Below, piece by piece: positions 53,730 to 64,000 of a stretch of 64,000 nt of DNA. Source of the DNA: Octopus vulgaris (Eukaryota). The number at the start of each line of letters is the position of its first letter. The stretch's first letter is position 1. Made by a program: the position numbers and the translations under genes. Below the pieces are notes generated by a model. That model ran no database searches. It saw only the letters and a list, made by a program, of their open reading frames with translations, and was not told the DNA's origin. The DNA is taken from contig OX597817.1 of the NCBI GenBank assembly GCA_951406725.2, positions 70,494,001 to 70,558,000 of the forward strand, in the 5' to 3' direction.

Positions 53730-54473
53730 TACATATGCATACTAATAACAATGGTTTCAATCATTGGTACAAGGTCTCTCAATTGTGGGAAGAGCCTAGT
53801 CAAATACATCATCCCCAGTACTTTACAACAAAATCTTTTCTTTATTTGGTGATGGGGGCTTTGTGCCTGCTCATACACACATGCAACGTAACACACACAC
53901 AAAATTGTTGCAAAATCTTATGAAGTTATGTTTATATAAGAAATGAAGGAGGAGCAAAAATGTAATACAATATGAAAACATACTTGACAAGTTTACATTA
54001 AAGTAATACACAGGCACTCATAAGGGTTAGGAATTGCCCTTTTTATAAGGTTAAGTTAAAGGACCCTAAACCCATGACCACAGTGTGCTCTAAAGCAGTT
54101 GCTCTCTTCCAGTTACAAACTTCAAGCAGAATTGAAATAGTGGCCTCTCTGGACCTCTATTAAAACTATAATTTAATCTTGCCACTTGCTACAACCTTTC
54201 ATCAAATTTGTTTGAGGACAGAATATCTCTTTCCACTCTCACTTACTGCTTCAAATGGTGCATGATAAACTTGATGAATCGTGTCCTTAAATCTTTCAGT
54301 CACATCCACTATAAATCCTCGTAAGCCATAATCATATTGGAAAAAATACCAAAAAAGTTAGCCTGCTTTTCTTTTTTGTTTAAATTTGTGTGTGTGCATG
54401 CATGTGTGTGAACCAGTTGATAACTATGAAGAAACTGAAAGTCCCATCCAACCCAAAGAAAAGCTAATGTATG

Positions 54474-54539
<66 letters not shown>

Positions 54540-54853
54540 TCCCTCTCCTCAGAAGCACCACCAGGGATTTCTGAAAGTTATCCAAAGTAGTATCAGGCCC
54601 AAAAGTTCACTGAAACAGACCAGCCTGTTCATCCTGGCCGATGCCTAGAGTTTCCCCAAGAATGTCATCACTCTTACTCACCACTAGATTTCTAAATATT
54701 GCTACCATAGAATTTCCACCAACAGTATTGCCCATCAAGTAGAGAGCAATGAATGCTTGACACCTCAGATACCAGGTACCTAAGCTTGGTCTTTTCTTGG
54801 TCCAGGAATGCAGCTCTATCAAAGAGTTGAGCTGCAGAAAACCATGTTATTGC

Positions 54854-54884
<31 letters not shown>

Positions 54885-54889
<5 letters not shown>

Positions 54890-55335
54890 GCAACAAGCTG
54901 GAAGAGTCATTAGTATGTGGGACAAAATGTTTGGCAGCATTTCACCTGTCTCTACATTCTGAGTTCAAAGTGTACAGAGGTCAACTTTGCCATTCATCCT
55001 TTCGGGATCAATAACTAAGTACCAGTCAAGCACTGGGGTTGATATAACTGACTATCCCTTGCCCCCCAAATTTCAGTCCTTGTGACTATAGTAGAAAGAA
55101 TTATTATCATAATTAAGGCTGCGAGAATGTAGAATCGTTAACTCACCGGACAAAATGCTTAGCAGCATTTTGTCCATCTTTACGGTCTGAGTTCAAATGC
55201 TACCAAGGTTGACTTTGTTTTTAATTCTTTTGGGGTCAATGAAATAAGTACCACTTGAGCACTGGGATTGATGTAATCAACTTATACCCTCTCCCAAAAT
55301 TACTGGGTTTTGTGCCAAAATTTGAAATGATTACC
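54885..55335 (+). mobile_element. Two tandem SINE family B copies
   Basis: Same unit structure as the array at 32937, following (ATT)n. Confidence 0.8.
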
Positions 55336-55349
55336 ATTATTATTATTAA

Positions 55350-55670
55350 ACACCCCTTTTGGTCATGACTGACTATGAAATTGCACCTAGAAAGTTCTCC
55401 TCCGAGACACAAGTCCAGGTAAGGTTGTTTATGGAAGACCAGCAGTCGCCCATACATAGTAGCTTCCCCTCTCTATACCAACAATGTTATCCAAGGGAAA
55501 GGCAAAGGGCAATGCAGCTTGGCACCAGTGATGTTGCAACTCATTTTTACACTTGAGCAAACTGGAGTGTCTTGCTCAAGAACACAACACACAACCTAGT
55601 CCAGGAATTGAACTGACTGCCTCATGACTGTGAACACGACGCTCTAACCACTGAGCCATATGCCTTCACT
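55350..55670 (-). mobile_element. SINE family E
   Basis: Minus-strand head GAAGGCATATGGCTCAGTGGTTAGAGCG; homologous to 37370-37700. Confidence 0.8.
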
Positions 55671-55689
55671 ATATTATTATTAAAGAGAT

Positions 55690-55952
55690 TCTCAAAACTA
55701 TTGGCCTACAACATGCTTAGCAACAACATACTCTACCTTCCATACTTAAATCTATGCTTTACAACAGGCTGGTTATTCAGCAAATAACATAATATCGGAG
55801 GAACAGAGAGAATGTGAGAAAGGGATTTATTTTTGTAAAGAACAACTTTTGTGTATCTACAAGATTAGAGAAGATAGCTAAAATGAATAAAAACAACCTT
55901 TAACATGGCCTGGATAGATTACCGAAAAGCATCTAAAAGTATACAACACATC
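55690..55952 (+). pseudogene. R4/Dong-like RT fragment
   Basis: NNIISEEQR.C.KG...CKEQL ... KNNL-MAWIDYRKA..SI.H. Confidence 0.7.
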
Positions 55953-56099
55953 CCTTTTTCTTCTCTTCTTTACACTTTGATGTGTATATTTCTTCCCTTT
56001 TATCTCAACAATATGCCTGTATTTTATCTCTGTCTTGCGGACTATTTTCTCTTTCTCGCTCCCTTTGTGTTTAGCTCTTTCTTTTGATGAAGGATAATG

Positions 56100-56425
56100 G
56101 GCTCCATAAGCAATATGGAGCTATGGCAAAGAACAAATGAAGTTTCGATTAGGGAGCAAATATTTTAGAAAAAGTGGAAGTGGATTGGTAGCATAATTAG
56201 AAAAGACACACCAAATGCAGTGAAAAGTGATTTACAGTAGGAACCGGATGGATATAGGAGAGGTAGGCCTAAGAACTCATGGCAGAAATCAACACAAAAG
56301 GAACTAGAGAAAGAGGGACATTCTTGACAGAGTATAAGTACAGAAGCCAAAAATTACAGAAGCCAAAAATTATAAGTGGCCAATACTCCGCGTTGGAGGG
56401 TTAAAGACATAAAGGAAGAAGAAGA
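56100..56425 (+). mobile_element. Decayed RTE-like LINE 3' end
   Basis: RKKWKWIG.IIRK......K..L...PDG-RR.GRPKNSW; (GAA)n tail. Confidence 0.7.
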
Positions 56426-56675
56426 TGGGCTACTATCCCAAAACAATGCTTCTCTTATATCATTATCATCATTCTGACCATCCTTTTAACATCTGCTTTT
56501 CCATACTTGCTGCTTGAATAAGTTGGACGGAGTTTATTGAGGCAGATTTTCTATAGATGTCCTTTCTGTTGCCAAAACGCAACCTGTTTCCAAGCAATAA
56601 CTATAATGCATAACAACACTTGCATGACAGTGACATCATGTGAGATCAAGGCAAGATACAAACATACACACACTC

Positions 56676-57013
56676 ACTGAGCTAGCAGAATCGTTAGCAC
56701 GCCAGGCGAAATGCGTAGCCATATTTCGTCTGCCATTATGTTCTGAGTCAAAATTCCGCCGAGGTCAACTTTGCCTTTTATCCTTTCGGGGTTGATAAAT
56801 TAAGTACCAGTTATGCAAGGCAAAATGTGTAGCCGTATTTAGTCTGCCATTACGTTCTGAGTCGAAATTCCACCGAGGTCAACTTTGCCTTTCATCCTTT
56901 TGGGGTCAATAAATTAAGTACCCGTTAGGCACTGGGGTCGATGTAATCAACTTAAGCCGTTTGTCTGTCCTTGTTTGTCCTGCGTTTAGCCCCTTGTGAG
57001 TAGTGAAGAAATA
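56676..57013 (+). mobile_element. SINE family B with internal ~115-bp tandem duplication
   Basis: Segment AAATGYGTAGCC...AAATTAAGTACC occurs at ~56709 and ~56823. Confidence 0.85.
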
Positions 57014-58002
57014 GATTTACTTAGATAAGTCTAACTTAATAAACACCACCTGGAAAAGATATTTTTAGGTGTTTCGTATGAACAGTTCTTTGGTCACCAC
57101 AGCCCATTCGAGTAGAGAGTTATTATTTGCAGAGATATATCCAGAGGTATGTGGTTTATCTGAAATTCGTTGTTGAACAAATGATACAGCAAGAAACACT
57201 ACTGAAGATAGTAGCATCAAACTCCCTTACTCCCCAAAAGTTAAGTACTCTTGAAGTAGTGCTCTGGTATGTACTTGACTCTTAAGCTGAAGCTAATTAA
57301 AAACTAAAAGCACACATATAAACTTTAACTTTACATACAAACATACATATATATACATACATATATACATATATATATTTATATATATATACTTAAATGT
57401 CAAGGGATGAAAATGAGTGCTCAACACCACATTGGTGAATATAATTTCTTTATTTGTGAATTAAAGCTACCATTGGTTTCATGTTAAAAAAAAGTAGTAA
57501 AATATCCTAGTGTCTTAAAAATTTTTCAAGCTGATCACATGGAGAACAGTGTTAGCCTCCATTTTGGAAATCATGGTCATCATTTAATGTCTGTTTGTCC
57601 ATGATACTGAGAGTAGTGAATAGATGTTAAAGTAAATTGTTTCAGAGAGAGATGGAGTAACAAAGTAGCATAAAAGGGATGAAAATGTTAGAAAAGTGAT
57701 GGGGAGAGATGGATGTTACAAATATATAAGAGATGAAGAGAACTTGACAGCAACAAATCAGGTGCAGAGATTGGGCCCAGTTTGTGTATAAACATAATGC
57801 TTTAAGAGATGGGTCTCTTGAGCACTGCAAAACACCAGTAATCTATAGCCTTCGTCCTCTCCACCATGAGCTTCAACATCTTGACATCAGTCTTCACTAC
57901 TTCATCCCACATTTTCCTTGGGCTCCATCCTCCACAAGATACATCCACTTCAAGCAATCAGCATCTCTTTATGTATCTGTTCTCATCCAGATGTATCACA
58001 TG

Positions 58003-58302
58003 TGGAGGCACATGGCCTAGTGGTTAGAGCAGCAGACTCGCAGTTGAGGGATCGAGGGTTCGAATCTCAGACTGGGCGATATCTGTGTGTATGAGCGAAA
58101 CACCTAAGCTCTACGTGACTCTGGCAGAAGGTAATGGCGAACTTCTGCTGACTCTTTCACCACAACTTTCTCTCACTCTTTCCTCCCGCATCTTGCAGCT
58201 CACCTGTGACGGACCGGCGTCCCGTCCAGGTGGGAAACCTATACACCAAGGAAACTGGGAAACCAGCCCTTATGAGCCAGGCATGGCTCGAGAAGGAACA
58301 AA
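58003..58302 (+). mobile_element. SINE family C variant with 15-bp TSD
   Basis: CAGATGTATCACATG at 57988-58002 and 58303-58317; inserted in a decayed RTE fragment. Confidence 0.9.
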
Positions 58303-58504
58303 CAGATGTATCACATGAGCATCCCAGTGATGACTTCTCTCTTGCACCCTACGTCTCATTCCTCTTCTACCCAGTTTTTCACTCAACACATTTACACTGT
58401 TATACATGCACACTGATGTTGCACATCCATCAGAACATACTAGCTTAATCTCTTTCTAGTTTTCACATGTCCTTTGCATTCATTTTCACATGTCCTTTGC
58501 ATTC

Positions 58505-59439
58505 AAGAACGTGTGTTACGTATCTGCATAAGCTTGGCTATTATGGATGAGCAGCTAGAAGAAAACCTCTCCTTCAACCGATTAATATCATGAAAAGAAA
58601 GAAATAGGCTAAGGAGATGTCAGAAAAATCCAGTTCATTTTGGGATAAAGTGATTTTCTCAGATGAATCTAGATTTGCATTATTTTCAGTCAGTGGACGT
58701 ATTTGGGTCTGGAGGCTTCCCAATCAAGAATATAATTTGAAACAACTCCAACCAACTGTGAAACTTGGTGGTATCTGTGAAATGGTATGGAGAGCTGTCA
58801 CCAGCAATGGTCGTTCTGATCGAATGTATTGGCACCATAAACTCTGAAAAATACATCGAAATACTTAACCCTTTCGTTACCATATTTATTTTGAGATGCT
58901 CTGTGTCTCTTTCAATTACTTCAAATATAACAAAGAATTTAGTAAAATAACTTAGTTATCATTCAGCTGGTGTTAGGAACATAAATTGTGACTAAAGTGT
59001 GGTGGAAGATTTTAATTCAAAACTTATGAAAATAAAACATTTGTACTACAGAGCCAGAGGCGGTTTCAGCCGGGTTGGTATTAAAAGGGTTAAGCAAGCA
59101 CTATTTCCGATGTATTCACACAATAATAACGAAAAATGAGTTTTTATTCATGGAAGATGGGGCTCCATACCACACATTGAAAGGAATCAACAATGGTTGA
59201 CTGAAAATGGGATCAAAAAGCTTCCTTGGCCGAGCCAATCTCCTGACATGAACCCAATTGAAAATCTTTGGAGCATACTAGATAGAGCTATACAAAAAAC
59301 TTGGCAGAATCTTAAATCTAAAGATGAATTGTTTCAATTGTTGCATGAAAAGTGGGCAGAAATTCCACAAGAGACAATCACAAAGCACATCAGTTCAATG
59401 CCAAAAAGAGTTTCTGAATTAAAAACGGCAAAATACTAA
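58505..59439 (+). pseudogene. Tc1 (DD34E-type) transposase, 5'-truncated, interrupted by a MITE
   Basis: ARRKPLL, FWDKVIFSDESRF, PTVK.GG...MVW, INSEKYIEIL|KQAL, FMEDGAPYH, WPSQSPDMNPIENLW, SMPKR. Confidence 0.9.
58869..59089. mobile_element. piggyBac-type (TTAA) MITE inside the Tc1 ORF
   Basis: TTAA (58865-68) CCCTTTCGTTACC ... GGTATTAAAAGGG TTAA (59090-93); removing it restores E-I-L-K-Q-A-L. Confidence 0.9.
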
Positions 59440-59564
59440 AGTATATAGTCCTACCTATCAATTACATTTCAATTGTTCGCTTTGCGTATTAAAAAGATTT
59501 TGAAAATTAAAGGTGTCTATTTATTTCCTGCATGTCTGTGTATGTGTATGTATGTATATATATA

Positions 59565-60256
59565 TCATCATCATCGTTTAACATCCGCTTTCCATGCTTG
59601 CATGGGTTAGATGATTTTGACTGAGGGCTGGCAAACCAGATGGCTGCACCAGGCTCCAATCTTGATCTCGCAGAGTTTCTACAGCTCGATGCCCTTCCTA
59701 ACGTCGACCATTCCAAGAGTGTAGTGGGTGCTTTTTATGTGCCACCGGCACAGGGGCCAGTCAGGTGGTACTGGCAATGACCTCGCTCGAATCATTTTAC
59801 ACGTGCCACCGGCACAGGTGCCAGTGAAGTGACGTTGGTAATGATCACGCTCGAATGGTGCCCTTTTACGTTCCACGGGTACGGAAGCCAGTTGGCTGCT
59901 CTGGCAACGATCACGCTCGGATGGTGTATCATCATCATCATCATTTAGCGTCCGCTTTCCATGCTAGCATGGGTTGGACGGTTCAACTGGGGTCTGTGAA
60001 GCCAGAAGGCCGCATCAGGCCCAGTCTGATTTGGCAGTGTTTCTATGGCTGGATGCCCTTCCTAATGCCAACCCTCCGTGAGTGTAGTGGGTGCTTTTTA
60101 CGTGCCACCTGCACAGGTGCCAGACGGAGCTGGCAAACGGCCACGAACGGATGGTGCTTTTACGAGCCACCGGCACGGGGCCAGGCGAGGCTGGCAGCGG
60201 ACACGAACGGATGGTGCTTTTACATGCCACCGGCACGGAGGCCAGTCGGGGCGGCG

Positions 60257-60260
<4 letters not shown>
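59565..60260 (-). mobile_element. Two adjacent RTE 3'UTR/tail copies (59565-59925, 59927-60260)
   Basis: Each begins with (CAT)n on the plus strand and carries GTGCTTTTTACGTGCCACC tandem units. Confidence 0.85.
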
Positions 60261-60295
<35 letters not shown>

Positions 60296-60981
60296 ATATG
60301 ACTACATACACTTATATATAACAGTAAGTATACAAATATGAAGTTATATATAGAAAACACACACACATCAGTGTACAACTGATCATGTTTTGCTTTCCAT
60401 CCTTCCGGGGTCATTTCAATAAGTATCAGTTATGCACTGGTTTAACTGGGCCCTACTTTATCCCACCCTGACAGTTTGAAATACACACACACATATTGAG
60501 ATACGTAGAGAGGGGAGATAAAGATAAACCTTGAAAATACATGCTGAGAAAAAAGAGAAGAAAAACAAATACATCAGATAATACTACGTGTGAGAGTGTA
60601 TACATATACCTATATACACATAGAGACAGAGAGACAGAGAGAGAGAGTGAGTGGGAGAGAGAAATACATTTATACACAAATAAACATACATACGTAGCAA
60701 TAAAAAAAAATGTCTGCAGTGCTATCATCTCAATTAAGTTTCTCTCTTTTAAAACAGATAAATTTGATAAGACTAAAACTTCAGTAATTTAACATAATTT
60801 AAGTGGAGCGGCAGAACACACACAAACACGTGTGTGTGTGTGTGCGTGTGTGTGAGTGTATGCGTGCGTGTGCATGTATGTTTGTGTTCACCCACCCTAT
60901 ACAGATGCACAAACTCAGACATTGCACAGGCATCCGCCCACCAAATCCACCACCACCACTGGCTTTTCATTCATATATATA

Positions 60982-61016
<35 letters not shown>

Positions 61017-61354
61017 GTGCAACAGCCCTCGTCTCCATTCCTATGCCCTACACACAAACATACACTGACATACACATACACTCCCAAACCAGTACACATC
61101 ATGGCAAACATAGCCTGTACATACACATATATACCATACACAGACAATACACATGCATGCCTAGCATCACACACACAGACACAGCACACAAATATGCAAA
61201 CCCATATGTCTATTTACATGAAGGCATGCAACAATATTCACCAGGTTGTTTAAATACAAGTTCTCTCACACACATGCACACCTACTGTACACATCCTCAC
61301 AACCCACAACACACGTATTTCAATACACAAAGACACACCTACACATATTCATTT

Positions 61355-61720
61355 ATTGTTTTACTTGTTCCAGTCATTTAACTACGGCCCATACTGGAGC
61401 ACCATCGATCCCAGAAGTTATACTATGTAAGCCTAGTACTTACTCTATTGGTCTCTTTGGCCGAACTGCTAAGTTATGGGGACATAAACACGCCGATATT
61501 GTCAAGCAATGGTGGTGGGACAAACACAGACACACGCATACAAATACATAAATACATATATGTATGTATGTATGTATATATATGTGTGTGTGTGTGTACA
61601 AATCCATTCACAATGCTTTGGTCTATAATACAAGACACTTGCCCAAGGTGCCATGCAATGGAACTGAACCTGGAACCATGTGGTTGGGAAGCAAGCTTCT
61701 TACCACATAGCCATACTTGC
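61355..61720 (-). mobile_element. SINE family A, diverged
   Basis: Reverse complement of family A motifs. Confidence 0.75.
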
Positions 61721-61794
61721 ATATATCATCATCATCATCATTTAATGTCCACCTTCCATGCTATTATGGGTGTATATGTGTGTGTGCATATGTA

Positions 61795-61869
<75 letters not shown>

Positions 61870-63164
61870 ATGTATGTATACACTTACACATAGGCAAACC
61901 CATAAAACATTCATTGACCAGCCTAGTTACACATCTCTTATCTTTTGTGTGTCTCAGTCATTAGCCTGAGGCCATGCTGGAGCACCATCTTGAAAAATTT
62001 TAGTCAAAAGAATTCAGCCCAGTACTTGTTTTAAAACCTGTTATTTATTCTATCAGTTTCTCTTGTCAAGTTGCCAAGTTACAGGGATGTAAACATCCCA
62101 ACACCAGTTGTCAAGCAGTGGTGGGGGTCAAATACAGACACAAAGACACACACACACATATATATCATCATCATCATCATATTGATATGTAATTGCAAGC
62201 TCCAAGGATCCAAGTGTAGGAAGTTAGTAAGTTTCAAGCAGTCTGTTGTAGGTATAAAAACAACTTTCAGGAACAATAATAGTTTATTGACATCGAAGGT
62301 TGTAGGTTTTTTCCCATATAGAAGTTCGATAAGCTGAAAAAATTCTTTTATAATTCATTGTTAGCAAAAAGGTTTGCTACGAATGCAAATAAAAATCCAA
62401 ATTGAAGGAATGGATCAAGTAAAATCCAGGCTACATATGTTTCCTAGCTAGCAAGGAAACATCTGTAGCTCTATGGTAGCAATATATAGAAATCTATTGG
62501 TGAATAAGAGTGATGACATTCTTGGAGAAACTCTAGGCATCAATCAGGATGAACAAGCTGGTCTATTTCAGTGAACTACAGGGACATGTCTAACCATGGG
62601 GAAATATTACCTTGCTTGAAAACAGGTGAGGGTTGGTGACAGTAAAGGTGTACAACCACTGAAAATCTGCCTCAACAAACTCGGTCTGACCCAAATAAGC
62701 ATGGAGAAGTGGACGTTAAAATAATGATGATGCATATGATAAGGGAACTCATATTTCATCACTGCTTTATGTGTGTTCACTTATTGTAAACAAAAGTATT
62801 ACTGATAGGGCAGGTAATATTGCATGTAGTCCACTGCAAAAGAAGGTCCATGCTTCTTGACATGTGCAACATGTCAATATACATTTGTAAATAAAAGGCA
62901 TATTCAAAGGATGTCATTTGTTTCCAATTCTCTGTGTGACTGTGATGACTTTTCATTGTTTGATAGACAATGGGATTATTTCTTTGCTTGAAAACAGATG
63001 AGGATTGGTGTCAGAAAGAGTATCAAGCAGCAGTAAACTCCACCCCAGTGTAGTCCTGTTTGACCCATGCTAGCAGTGGAAAAGTTGATGTCAAAATGAT
63101 GATGAGGAGGAGGGCAAGATAGTCAAATGGAGACTGGATTCAGAAATTTCAAAACCTGTAACTA

Positions 63165-63573
63165 CTCTCTCTTTACTCTTTTACATGTTTTAGTCATTTG
63201 AGTGTGGCCATGCTGGAGCACCGCCGTCAGTCGAGCAAATCGACCCCAGGACTTATTCTTTGTAAGCCTCGTACTTATTCTACCAGAATCTTTTGCCGAA
63301 CCGCGAAGTTACAGATACGTAAACACACCAGCATCGGTTGTCAAGCGATGTTGGGGGGACAAACACAGACACACAAACATACACACAAACACATACATAT
63401 ATATATACATATATCCGATGGACTTCTTTCAGTTTCCATCTACCAAATCCACTCACAAGGCTTTGGTCGGCCCGAGGCTATAGTAGAAGACACTTGCCCA
63501 AGGTGCCACGCAGTGGGACTGAACCCAGAACCATGTGGTTGGTTAGCAAGCTACTTACCACACAGCCACTCCT
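63165..63573 (-). mobile_element. SINE family A
   Basis: Well-preserved reverse-complement copy. Confidence 0.9.
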
Positions 63574-64000
63574 AAGGTATGAAACAAATAGAAGCTTGAA
63601 ATTTTTATGCTAATTTGTCATCACATAAAGCAAGATGTTAGCGAATATTTTCACGATTTTTGTCCCTGTGTAGCAACAGTTATTTCCCATTTGCTTACTC
63701 CTTGAAAGTATGAAAAATGGTTAATATTTCTTTCAAACTTTGCTTTTGTTACATTTATTCAAACTCCAAGGAATCCCTCTCAACACATGGCTATAATGCT
63801 CTCCACTATCCCTGCGCATGATCAGAGATGCACATATTGTCAACCGCTAAGGGACATGATCAAGTAGTTAAGATCAAGCAACCGACAAAGAAATCTGTGA
63901 TATTGAGCAGAATATTTGCTATAATGATATTTCTGCTTCAGTAACTTGGTGCTGAATCTGTCTGAAATCTAATGGAGAATAGGTCAATTTCAAAACACTG

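Noticed and set aside
60090-60240. CRISPR-like repeat/spacer look of GTGCTTTTTACGTGCCACC units
   Set aside because: The spacers are homologous to each other, there are no cas genes, and the units lie within a eukaryotic RTE 3'UTR
63198-63613. Recurrent ORFs of the type VSVYQIHSQGFGRPEAIVEDTCPRCHAVGLNPEPCGW
   Set aside because: Antisense translation of SINE family A, not a gene family

Overview
AT-rich, repeat-saturated eukaryotic DNA with no confidently identifiable host protein-coding gene; probably intronic or intergenic. The SINE families and the dense (TA)n/(CA)n/(CAT)n/(AAT)n microsatellites look like an Octopus-type cephalopod genome (inference from memory, not a search). Almost all track ORFs are microsatellite or SINE artefacts. 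The best-preserved element is a 5'-truncated Penelope-like retroelement (minus strand, ~6731-9190) with RT and GIY-YIG domains, one frameshift, one stop, a type I hammerhead ribozyme fold in its 3' pseudo-LTR and a perfect 59-bp inverted copy of that region at its 5' junction. Several more decayed hammerhead-like motifs are scattered through the window. Also present: relics of pogo/Tigger, mariner and Tc1 transposases, RTE, CR1 and R4/Dong-like (RLE) LINEs, TTAA-, TA- and hAT-type MITEs, several tRNA-derived SINE families including a ~7-unit head-to-tail array, and a half tRNA-Glu(TTC) pseudogene. All calls were made by eye; repeat boundaries are approximate unless a TSD or TIR is quoted.
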